Virus record (IMG/VR): IMGVR_UViG_3300044707_000140
Location: 1 to 64,000 of that record
Length of the DNA stretch: 64,000 nucleotides
Strand: one strand, 5' to 3'
Source: a virus
The notes beneath the pieces were generated by a model, which was not told the DNA's origin, did no database searches, and was given only the letters and a program-made list of their open reading frames with translations. Each line of letters opens with the position of its first letter. The first letter of the stretch is position 1. Position numbers and translations under genes: made by a program. Shown piece after piece: positions 51,724-59,200 of the stretch.

Positions 51724-52003
51724 CAGGATTCATTTCATCTTCTTGATCTGGTGTTACCAGGGCCAACCACTTTTCTAAAGGGCAAGCACAAGATAGACAC
51801 TTAGTCTTGGCAGCCAGGGTGCATCCACAATGTGTGCAATGATCGTCTGGTCTGACAGTTTTATAGTTCTTTCTGTTTTTGGAGTGGTATTCACATCCAG
51901 CACAGATGGCCAACCTTTCTTCACTCGTTTCCGTTATCTTGCTCCTCAACTTTTTGGGCGGCAGCAGGTTGTTCCTCCACCCCTCGTAAATCTGAGAAAT
52001 CAT
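51713..52003 (-). CDS. Zn-finger protein (DUF6171-like)
   Basis: RLAICAGC...CTHCGC...KT....CP..KW. Confidence 0.7.
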   Translation of the reverse strand: MISQIYEGWRNNLLPPKKLRSKITETSEERLAICAGCEYHSKNRKNYKTVRPDDHCTHCGCTLAAKTKCLSCACPLEKWLALVTPDQEDEMNPDGK

Positions 52004-52379
52004 ATATCCTTGGTTTTAAATCTCTTATGTTGTCAAGGGCTGACTGAAGCTTCATGCTGGCGTTCCTCCTTTTGGCTTCTGGCAGCGCTTCGTCATTTGC
52101 CTTTTTCTCAAACAGGGCCTTTTGGCTTAGAAACTTCTGCATTGTTTTCACCGCCTTCCCATCATTGAAAAAGAACTTCCCAAACCCACTGATTTCCAAG
52201 CTCTTATGCTGAGACATTGCCTCGTTAGCGCTTTGGAACTGGTGGTTGACAACAGCCTCTAGCACCTTCTCACTCATTCTCATTTTCACAGCCATTTTCC
52301 TAATCAGATATTCCTTGACGGAAAGGCTAACAGGCTTATCAGTGAACAAGTCTGATTTCAAGGGTGATGTCATTATCAA
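51921..52379 (-). CDS. HU/IHF-like protein
   Basis: LIRKMA.K......V..QF..A.......LEISGFGKF; true start uncertain. Confidence 0.6.
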   Translation of the reverse strand: MIMTSPLKSDLFTDKPVSLSVKEYLIRKMAVKMRMSEKVLEAVVNHQFQSANEAMSQHKSLEISGFGKFFFNDGKAVKTMQKFLSQKALFEKKANDEALPEAKRRNASMKLQSALDNIRDLKPRIYDFSDLRGVEEQPAAAQKVEEQDNGNE

Positions 52380-52683
52380 AGTTTAACACGATTTGTGGAT
52401 TCACCTTCACCTTTGTCCCATCCTTCACCAGCACTCCTATCTTCTTCAGCCTAGAAATGATGTTATTTATGGAGGCATTGGTGGTGCCATATCTCTCACA
52501 GAAATCCTTACGTATGTTAGCATAAGAGATGTTACCCCTTACAGCAGCAAAAGCCAGGAGCTGTATTTCTCTCTGTGTTAGCTTCAGATCGTTTACAGCA
52601 GACAATAGGGTGTAATACCTTTCAGCAAGGAGGATGTTATCACTCTCTTGTTTCCTTAGTTTCTGTAATACGACGTTCTTCAT
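52339..52683 (-). CDS. Winged-helix DNA-binding protein (RepL/MarR-like)
   Basis: LTQREIQLL...TTNASINNIISRLKKIGVLVK.....VNP. Confidence 0.7.
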   Translation of the reverse strand: MKNVVLQKLRKQESDNILLAERYYTLLSAVNDLKLTQREIQLLAFAAVRGNISYANIRKDFCERYGTTNASINNIISRLKKIGVLVKDGTKVKVNPQIVLNFDNDITLEIRLVH

Positions 52684-52697
52684 AAATTTAGTTAGTA

Positions 52698-52729
52698 CAA
52701 AGATAGGAACTATTTATAACATATTCAAA
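52698..52729 (-). promoter_or_regulatory. Bacteroidota sigma70-type promoter heading the late module
   Basis: TTTG(52729-52726)-N20-TATCTTTG(52705-52698). Confidence 0.75.
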
Positions 52730-52848
52730 TACAATCTTTTACCCTATTGCTATATTATGTCTTATTTCCCTTATTTCTGTCTACCAGAAGGGGATGAAAA
52801 AGCTTTATATCTAAAGGATGTATAGAATAATAACCCACCCAACCTCCC

Positions 52849-52881
52849 CAAAGTTACAACATCCTTCAGATAGGTTCCAAA
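52849..52881 (-). promoter_or_regulatory. Second tandem Bacteroidota-type promoter
   Basis: TTTG(52881-52878)-N21-TAACTTTG(52856-52849). Confidence 0.6.
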
Positions 52882-52890
52882 TTTATTTTT

Positions 52891-52984
52891 TAGTAAAGCC
52901 ACATCTTGACAAACACCCCCCTATAGTAAAGCTTTAGCTTGACATTCCCCCCTACCAGGTTTCACGTGAAACAGGTCCCCCCTA
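52891..52984. repeat. Iteron-like direct repeats
   Basis: TAGTAAAGC-N4-CTTGACA-N2-4-CCCCCCTA twice (52891, 52924) plus a third CCCCCCTA; C6 tracts are 31 and 30 bp apart. Confidence 0.75.
52958..52973. promoter_or_regulatory. parS-like palindrome
   Basis: GGTTTCACGTGAAACA, 15/16 match to consensus TGTTTCACGTGAAACA. Confidence 0.55.
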
Positions 52985-53122
52985 ATTTTCTAATAGGTTG
53001 GAAATCAATTGTGTGCATGGGAGGGGAGGGTACTTCCAACAGCAACCCCTCCTAGGTTTCGAGTGGTCGGGGGCACCCCCCACACTTGAACTCCATTATT
53101 TAACCGCCAAAAAACAAAACAA

Positions 53123-53515
53123 ATGGCAAAAGAAATCAAAGGCCGTGATGTCCTTAACATCAAGACAATCTTAGTGGGAAGACCTTACAATGTAGAAGCT
53201 GGTCATCCTTTAGATGGTAAGACTTACAATCGTTACCAGTTCGATGGTATTGTGTTCACTGTGAACTCAGAAGATGAGTTTGTAAAGTGGAAGAATGATG
53301 GTACACTCTACAGTGCTACATTCACAGAAGGTAAGATGATGGTTGATGTTGATGGTCAACAAGTTGAGCGTAAAACTCTACAATTGACTGGTTGCACTAA
53401 CATCAATCAGGAGAAAGCAATGGCAAGAGCAGAGCGTGAGATTAGTTACTTCCTCACAGAGTTCGATCCTGCAAAAGTGGACGAGAGCTTGCTTGCACAA
53501 TTGCAAACTGCCTAA
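53123..53515 (+). CDS. First early gene, hypothetical
   Basis: 130 aa; A-rich leader; followed by a terminator. Confidence 0.8.
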   Translation: MAKEIKGRDVLNIKTILVGRPYNVEAGHPLDGKTYNRYQFDGIVFTVNSEDEFVKWKNDGTLYSATFTEGKMMVDVDGQQVERKTLQLTGCTNINQEKAMARAEREISYFLTEFDPAKVDESLLAQLQTA

Positions 53516-53523
53516 TAAAGACT

Positions 53524-53549
53524 TGAGCCCTTCGGGGCTCATTTCTTTT
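53524..53549 (+). terminator. Rho-independent terminator with UUCG tetraloop
   Basis: TGAGCCC-TTCG-GGGCTCA-TTTCTTTT. Confidence 0.85.
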
Positions 53550-53752
53550 CATATATAGGGGTGGGAGACAACCAAATGTTGTCAGGGTGGGATAAAACAA
53601 CCAACTTTGTAGTTGTAAGTGATTAATAATCAATGCGTTAGAGAGTGGGTGTGTCACCCATCACACCTTTTAGCACCCTTTTCACCATTTCTCAATAACC
53701 AAACGCTATATAGCATAAATATAGCATTAATTAACCCTTTAAACCAATTGGT

Positions 53753-53914
53753 ATGAAGAAGTTTATTATCACACTTATGGGATGGAATGGTCCTATTAAG
53801 TCAGAGTATTGTTATGGATATAACAGACAAGAGGTTTATTCTATGTATAGGAATGAATATCCTGTTTCTGATTATCCTCAAATACAATATATTGATGTGG
53901 CTGAGATGTTATAA
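53753..53914 (+). CDS. 53-aa early protein (not in ORF track)
   Basis: MKKFIITLMGWNGPIKSEYC...DVAEML; leader TTAACCCTTTAAA is shared with the next gene. Confidence 0.6.
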   Translation: MKKFIITLMGWNGPIKSEYCYGYNRQEVYSMYRNEYPVSDYPQIQYIDVAEML

Positions 53915-53940
53915 GAGCCTGGAATGGGCTCTTTCTTTTA
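53913..53940 (+). terminator. Rho-independent terminator
   Basis: AAGAGCC-N7-GGCTCTT followed by a T-rich tract. Confidence 0.7.
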
Positions 53941-53950
53941 ACCCTTTAAA

Positions 53951-54328
53951 ATGCTTGTTATGAACAATGAAACTATTTACACAATAGTCCCTGAGACTAT
54001 AGATAGTAAGTCAATAGGGGATTATACACGAGAAGAGCTTGTTAGAGCTAGTTTTTGTTATTTACATGGTGATTTACAAGATAAGGTGGGGGGATATGAC
54101 ATATTCAACATGCTAAGATCTGAATTAGAGCCTGAACAGATAAATGAGCATGGTTATTTAACAGATGAGTTTGGACCAGGCATATATTCATGTGTATGCA
54201 TGGGTGAGCCTTGTACATTCTTCAGATGGAAGCGTATGCACTATAAAGGACTTGTGGTCCTTAATGCAGATAAGGAGTCATACGAATATGCATCTAAATG
54301 TTATGAAGAAAGAGAATATTCAATTTAA
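53951..54328 (+). CDS. Hypothetical early protein
   Basis: 125-aa ORF. Confidence 0.7.
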   Translation: MLVMNNETIYTIVPETIDSKSIGDYTREELVRASFCYLHGDLQDKVGGYDIFNMLRSELEPEQINEHGYLTDEFGPGIYSCVCMGEPCTFFRWKRMHYKGLVVLNADKESYEYASKCYEEREYSI

Positions 54329-54362
54329 CCTATTAATAATCAATCATTTAAAACAGTTTGCT

Positions 54363-54866
54363 ATGAAAAAAGAACTTGTTCTCCCTTTGGGAGTAAAAAT
54401 TGAAGATGGTCACCTCTATTTTGGAGATCGTCAGGTTTCTTTCCGCGGTGAGCCATATAAGTTTGCTCACATTCCTACAATGGCAACAATGTTTGCTGTT
54501 AGGTATGGCAAGGGTGTATTATGCACCACATTTGACCTTATTTGGTCCAGAATGCTCATTGAGGAAGGCTATCATGATGAAACACTTATATGGATTCGTG
54601 GAGTGGAGATGTCAGGAGAGAAATATCTTCCTAGTGGTTATTATTCAGATTGGAAGTCTGTTGAGTATGTACTAAACACCTTTGCTAAAGAATTACAGGG
54701 TCAAGAGTGGTTTATAGAGGTGGATGATATTAATGATGAGTATGCCTGGGATGAGGAAAAAGGTGTATTTAGAAAGCAGATAAAAATAGAGAAGATAGAG
54801 TATATGTGGGCTGATGATGATGAGCCAGAATATGACTCAGCAGGCTATACAGAGGAAGATAGATAA
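54363..54866 (+). CDS. Hypothetical early protein
   Basis: Likely start is ATG 54363 (MKKELVLP); acidic C-terminus YDSAGYTEEDR. Confidence 0.7.
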   Translation: MKKELVLPLGVKIEDGHLYFGDRQVSFRGEPYKFAHIPTMATMFAVRYGKGVLCTTFDLIWSRMLIEEGYHDETLIWIRGVEMSGEKYLPSGYYSDWKSVEYVLNTFAKELQGQEWFIEVDDINDEYAWDEEKGVFRKQIKIEKIEYMWADDDEPEYDSAGYTEEDR

Positions 54867-55007
54867 GATATTTAAGGTGCCTATACACAAGATAGGTAAA
54901 TGGCTACATGGCACAGCCTTTTATTGTTTTTCATAAGCAAGCGTACGCTCCTGTGTTTCCACACTGGGAGCCTTTATTTTTATTAATCAATTAAAAATCA
55001 ATAAGTT

Positions 55008-55157
55008 ATGTTAAAATTAATCTACACAGGTGTAACCATTGCGTTATCAACACCTATTCTTGGATGGAATGCTCTTTTTACTGTCATCATGGGGGACATC
55101 AAGTATTGGGATAATGCTTGTGAGCAAGTTAATAACCTTATAAACTCAAAATTATGA
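55008..55157 (+). CDS. 49-aa membrane-associated protein (not in ORF track)
   Basis: MLKLIYTGVTIALSTPILGWNALFTVIMG...; ATGA overlap with the next gene. Confidence 0.6.
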   Translation: MLKLIYTGVTIALSTPILGWNALFTVIMGDIKYWDNACEQVNNLINSKL

Positions 55158-55270
55158 AAAAACTACTCTTATTAGCAGTTATTGCTGTATTTATGCTTCA
55201 GAGCTGTGCCACAAATGGATATGGCTGTAGGGGCAAAGGCAAGATTATTACACGTGTTAAACAATTCTAA
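55154..55270 (+). CDS. 38-aa lipoprotein (not in ORF track)
   Basis: MKKLLLLAVIAVFMLQS-CATNGYGCRGKGKIITRVKQF: signal peptide II with lipobox Cys. Confidence 0.7.
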   Translation: MKKLLLLAVIAVFMLQSCATNGYGCRGKGKIITRVKQF

Positions 55271-55281
55271 ATCAATTAGTT

Positions 55282-55428
55282 ATGAAAACTATCCTTTTAT
55301 CCCCTCGAGACTTTATTTTGTTCAAAACCTTAGCCAACCGTATTCACCTTATTTTTATGTATAAAGTGCTGCATGGTGTATTCCATGTAGAGGCTGATGC
55401 ATTACGTCTTGACGAGTTGGGTTACTAA
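55282..55428 (+). CDS. 48-aa hypothetical protein (not in ORF track)
   Basis: MKTILLSPRDF...VEADALRLDELGY; followed by a terminator. Confidence 0.65.
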   Translation: MKTILLSPRDFILFKTLANRIHLIFMYKVLHGVFHVEADALRLDELGY

Positions 55429-55433
55429 GGATG

Positions 55434-55469
55434 AAAGGACAGCTCTGAAATATGGGCTGTTCCTTTTTT
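55434..55469 (+). terminator. Rho-independent terminator
   Basis: AAAGGACAGCTC-N8-GGGCTGTTCCTTTTTT. Confidence 0.7.
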
Positions 55470-55701
55470 ATGTTTGAAAAAGTGTTGTAAATCACACTTT
55501 TACATACGTAAAACTGTATCCATACCCAAAAACACTCATAATGAGTCATATAATGCACTTTATGGCTCATATTGGTCCTTTATAAGTCACATTATCGCTC
55601 ATGTGTGAGCTATAAATGGCCAAATCAGGAAGTAAATGCATGACATTTTCGGTAAAATTCATGCAAACAATAATACATAACACATTTTAAATCAATTATT
55701 T

Positions 55702-55920
55702 ATGGCAATTAACACATTCGTGACTAAAAAGTCAACAAGCAAGTATCCCAGACTTATGACAAGTAAGGATGATGGATACGTTTATTTATTCATAGAGGAT
55801 GGTTTAGCTATTCCTCTGAACAATCCAGATTATGTTAGAACAATGGATATTGAGGATGTGACAGACTGGAATATGAGTAATTTTGAAGATTTTGATGGTT
55901 CAATCACCCTAACAAACTAA
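55702..55920 (+). CDS. Hypothetical protein
   Basis: YP.LM....W....F..F.G.ITL.N pattern seen in small phage proteins. Confidence 0.7.
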   Translation: MAINTFVTKKSTSKYPRLMTSKDDGYVYLFIEDGLAIPLNNPDYVRTMDIEDVTDWNMSNFEDFDGSITLTN

Positions 55921-55925
55921 AGCAT

Positions 55926-56141
55926 ATGGTAGGGACAATCTTCAGAAAGCATGTTGAAAGACATGAGGCTGGTACAGCTGGCAAATCAATGTATCAAGCG
56001 TGGAAGGTAACAAAAGACCTAGGAGATGGACTATACGAATGTGTTCGTGTAGATAATACACAAGATCCTATGGGTGCTGCTAATCCACAGAAGCGTACAT
56101 TTAAACAAAAAGACATCCTTAACTATCTCAAAACTAAATAG
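55926..56141 (+). CDS. Hypothetical protein
   Basis: 71-aa ORF in operon. Confidence 0.65.
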   Translation: MVGTIFRKHVERHEAGTAGKSMYQAWKVTKDLGDGLYECVRVDNTQDPMGAANPQKRTFKQKDILNYLKTK

Positions 56142-56143
56142 TT

Positions 56144-56725
56144 ATGCACTTCACCGTTGAGCTTGTGCTTAAGAGCTATATGCCTAAGCAACTAGAACCA
56201 GGTATGTGGTTTATAACAAAGCTTAATCCAGGCACCAGAAAAGAATATTCAGAGATATGGGCCTTGGATAAGTTTCCTAAAGAATCACTAGAAGAGTTTA
56301 TAGCTAAAAATGGTGCTCCTGTTGAGCCCTATCTAATCTATGATGAGCAGGTGCTTGCTGAGCCACACGAGATTGGATGGTGGGATGATGGACCAGACTT
56401 TGATGAGCTTAGAGACATCGATCTTAAAGATGTTAATGGTATCATCAATGAGTTTGATGGATTTGTAGACCTTGAGATAGACGAATGGGATTTTGCTCAT
56501 GAGGATGAGGTGAATCCTATCATTTATGCAGACAAGATTACCATCACTATTCCAGGGATGTATGATGAGGAGGAAGAAGAGGATGATGAGGAAGGTCCTT
56601 GGTTATGTATCACTTGTAATGGTTCAGGATATGGTGCTACACCAGATGTAGCTTGTCCTGTCTGTCATGGAGAGGGTGAAATCTATCCTTCAGATGATGA
56701 AGAGAATATAGAAGAAGATAATTAA
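56144..56725 (+). CDS. Acidic protein with C-terminal DnaJ-type CxxCxGxG zinc finger
   Basis: CITCNGSG...CPVCHGEG. Confidence 0.7.
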   Translation: MHFTVELVLKSYMPKQLEPGMWFITKLNPGTRKEYSEIWALDKFPKESLEEFIAKNGAPVEPYLIYDEQVLAEPHEIGWWDDGPDFDELRDIDLKDVNGIINEFDGFVDLEIDEWDFAHEDEVNPIIYADKITITIPGMYDEEEEEDDEEGPWLCITCNGSGYGATPDVACPVCHGEGEIYPSDDEENIEEDN

Positions 56726-56743
56726 TTAACAAAACAAAAGCAT

Positions 56744-56944
56744 ATGTTAAAGCACATTAAATTAGAAAGGCTTCAAGAAATTGAGGCTGAAAGAGCACAA
56801 ACAGAAACAGATCCCAACTTTCAACAATGGATGAGTGACCTTCAAATAGGTAAACTCTATGAAAAGAAAGATGGTATCACTAGAGCACAACAAATGATGG
56901 CAGATTGGAATCAATCACCTTTAAACAAAACTTTATGGGAGTAG
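56744..56944 (+). CDS. Hypothetical protein
   Basis: 66-aa ORF. Confidence 0.6.
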   Translation: MLKHIKLERLQEIEAERAQTETDPNFQQWMSDLQIGKLYEKKDGITRAQQMMADWNQSPLNKTLWE

Positions 56945-57507
56945 ACATCGCTGGGATCAATCCTCAAATAGTTGGGGAGCGTCCACAGAAACCAGATTGG
57001 AAAACAGCTACAGGATATGAAAAGGATATGTATATTAATTCTATGGATCTATTTCACAGTAGCAATCCTGGTATTTATTTCAGGAGTAATTGGTGGGGCT
57101 GGAGACCAATTCATGCTATTGCAGACATGGCTATTAGGTTGATGAATCTTCCTTTTGATACAAGCTTATGGGGAGAGAATAATGGTGGTGGATTGAAAAC
57201 ACAAGAAGAATGTAATCAGCTAGCTGATGCAATAGAAGCATTTATGACGCTAAATCATGCTAATATGTATGATGAGGATGATAGATTCTATTTGTGTCTT
57301 GGTTCATGGACCAATTCTAGCGGTACATTTATTGATAAAGAGATTGAAGCTGAGCTCAATGCACAACATCTATTAGGTACTATCCTCTACCGTGGAGTGG
57401 TAGCATCTAATGGACAATTAGTGTTTCCCTCTCATAGCGCTCCTCTGTATCACGTAACCAATTTTATCACCTTCCTTCGCAAATGTGGAGGATTTGAAAT
57501 CTGGTGA
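56935..57507 (+). CDS. Conserved phage hypothetical protein
   Basis: Start MGVDIAG; GIYFRSNWWGWRPI...F..FL..CGGFEIW. Confidence 0.7.
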   Translation: MGVDIAGINPQIVGERPQKPDWKTATGYEKDMYINSMDLFHSSNPGIYFRSNWWGWRPIHAIADMAIRLMNLPFDTSLWGENNGGGLKTQEECNQLADAIEAFMTLNHANMYDEDDRFYLCLGSWTNSSGTFIDKEIEAELNAQHLLGTILYRGVVASNGQLVFPSHSAPLYHVTNFITFLRKCGGFEIW

Positions 57508-57508
57508 C

Positions 57509-58069
57509 ATGACTACATATGCCCAAACCCTTGCTGCTCAGCCAGACAGAAGGAGAAAGAAGGAGGTCAGAGACTTCCTTTTTTCTTTATTTGCAGGCTT
57601 TGAGCTAAACAGAATAGTGGGACTCGCAGGCCCACATATTGGAGATTATATAGAATTCTGTAAATCAAAAGGATATACAGAGTTTGAAATCTATGAAATG
57701 GACAAACTAACTGCCTTACATCAACTAGTTCATCTTAACGATAGTGTACAGCTTAAACTCAAAAACATTTTGGAAGCTAATCCTGACCAACCTGGTACAC
57801 TGTATGATTTAGACTATTGCGTTACAGGTAGATATATGAAGGAACACATGATAAGATTCAAAAGCAACTTCATTATGACCTTCTCTGGTAGAGTGTCCTT
57901 AAAAGAAACAATGGATACATTTTTTGACGTGAGACAAGAAAAGGTGGTAGACATGGTGGAAAATAAGCGTCCTATGAGACATAACACTTATTTTACTAAT
58001 AAGGGTGTGTACGTACAGCTATCCTACCGTGACACATCACCTATGTTTTGTATCGCTAAAATTGCTTAA
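57509..58069 (+). CDS. Putative SAM-dependent methyltransferase-fold protein
   Basis: IVGLAGP...EIYEMD...LYDLDYC...Y.D..PM Rossmann-like motif order. Confidence 0.45.
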   Translation: MTTYAQTLAAQPDRRRKKEVRDFLFSLFAGFELNRIVGLAGPHIGDYIEFCKSKGYTEFEIYEMDKLTALHQLVHLNDSVQLKLKNILEANPDQPGTLYDLDYCVTGRYMKEHMIRFKSNFIMTFSGRVSLKETMDTFFDVRQEKVVDMVENKRPMRHNTYFTNKGVYVQLSYRDTSPMFCIAKIA

Positions 58070-58071
58070 TC

Positions 58072-58677
58072 ATGGCTATTGTAGACATCCCAGCTCGTGT
58101 TTGCCCACATTGTGGTGGTACAAGATGGAGCTTAGAACCCAAAAACACAGGGTTTGTACGCTACAGATGTCCTGTATTAGCACTAGAAAGGCGCAAACGC
58201 TGGAAAGAAAAGAATCCTGACCGCGTTTTGCAACATGAAAAGAAACATGCTGCAAAAAGAGTGGCTGCAGGGTATTTTAAAGAAAGAAGACAACTAATTA
58301 AAGAACAAACAATTATTAATCAACAATTAAATTCAAACAAAATGGCAACTAACAAATTTTTCTACAACTGGAAAGAAATCAAAGAACTAAAAGATCTCAT
58401 TCGTACAGGGGAACCTATTTCACGTATTGCTAAAAGAGAGTGTGCTCGTTTCAACACCAGTGCTCAAGCTTTACAAATGAAAATGTACAAGCTTGCTAAA
58501 AGTACCAATAATATTAGAGAGTGGGAAGGTCCTAAGAAAATACGTAGAACTAAGGCTCAAATGGCTGAAGCACAAGCACCTACCAACAAAGGGCTCACTG
58601 TTCCTGAAGGAACCACATTTGAGGGTACACCCAAGAAAGTGGAAATCCACACTGATCACTTCCGTATTTATTTCTAA
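58072..58677 (+). CDS. Zn-ribbon plus HTH-like protein; probable internal start at 58342
   Basis: CPHC..C N-terminus; A-rich leader before in-frame MATNKF. Confidence 0.6.
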   Translation: MAIVDIPARVCPHCGGTRWSLEPKNTGFVRYRCPVLALERRKRWKEKNPDRVLQHEKKHAAKRVAAGYFKERRQLIKEQTIINQQLNSNKMATNKFFYNWKEIKELKDLIRTGEPISRIAKRECARFNTSAQALQMKMYKLAKSTNNIREWEGPKKIRRTKAQMAEAQAPTNKGLTVPEGTTFEGTPKKVEIHTDHFRIYF

Positions 58678-58697
58678 ATCCATAAATACTCATCCTT

Positions 58698-58910
58698 ATG
58701 TCAACACTCGTCTATCGCTCTGCCTGGAGCACAGTAACACCCTTAGTTTATCAAGATGGCTCTGATGACACAGCTGTTAATGAATTCATTGACAGAGTGT
58801 TCAAAGCTAAATTGCGTACAACAAGATTAGTTCTTGATAACAACAAGATGTATTACAAACCTAGTAATCAGTACAAAAGATTTGTTGTTCGCATGCGAAA
58901 AATTAAGTAG
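58698..58910 (+). CDS. Hypothetical protein
   Basis: 70-aa ORF. Confidence 0.6.
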   Translation: MSTLVYRSAWSTVTPLVYQDGSDDTAVNEFIDRVFKAKLRTTRLVLDNNKMYYKPSNQYKRFVVRMRKIK

Positions 58911-58915
58911 ATTTG
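58885..58915 (+). promoter_or_regulatory. Bacteroidota sigma70-type promoter for replication operon
   Basis: TTG(58885-58887)-N20-TAGATTTG(58908-58915). Confidence 0.55.
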
Positions 58916-58968
58916 GGCTACGGTTCCTACTCTCATTTAGAGGGTAGGAACTTTTAAATCCAAACTAT

Positions 58969-59199
58969 ATGGCAAAAGACAAATGCGTACTGTGTGGCGC
59001 AGAAACTCTCTATGATGAGAGTGTACACATAGATTATAGACATGGATATATTGAAGGAGCTGGACAGCTCTGCAAATCCTGTTATGATAGGGGAACAAAA
59101 CGAACGCACATCACTATTCCTGCGGACGTTATTTATAATACCCCGAATGATCAAGAATTAGGACAGAAGGTGAGAACTATTTATAATCAAACTAATTAA
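58969..59199 (+). CDS. Small Zn-binding protein
   Basis: CVLC...YIEGAGQLCKSC...PND.ELG.KVR. Confidence 0.7.
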   Translation: MAKDKCVLCGAETLYDESVHIDYRHGYIEGAGQLCKSCYDRGTKRTHITIPADVIYNTPNDQELGQKVRTIYNQTN

Positions 59200-59200
59200 A

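Noticed and set aside
930-52683. Stop-codon reassignment (TAG/TGA), known in some crAss-like phages
   Set aside because: All large genes are uninterrupted in the standard code, coding density is high, and no suppressor tRNA is seen.
1362-52825. Numerous plus-strand ORFs of 60-205 aa, plus same-strand overlaps such as 115..318 and 36791..37021
   Set aside because: Shadows of long genuine minus-strand genes with unnatural composition.
52905-52945. TTGACA as E. coli-type -35 boxes
   Set aside because: No properly spaced TATAAT; the hexamers are part of the direct repeat, and host promoters here follow the Bacteroidota consensus.
55395-55445. Hammerhead-like ...TGACGAG...GAAA...
   Set aside because: Core is imperfect, stems do not close, and the sequence is explained by the 48-aa ORF plus terminator.
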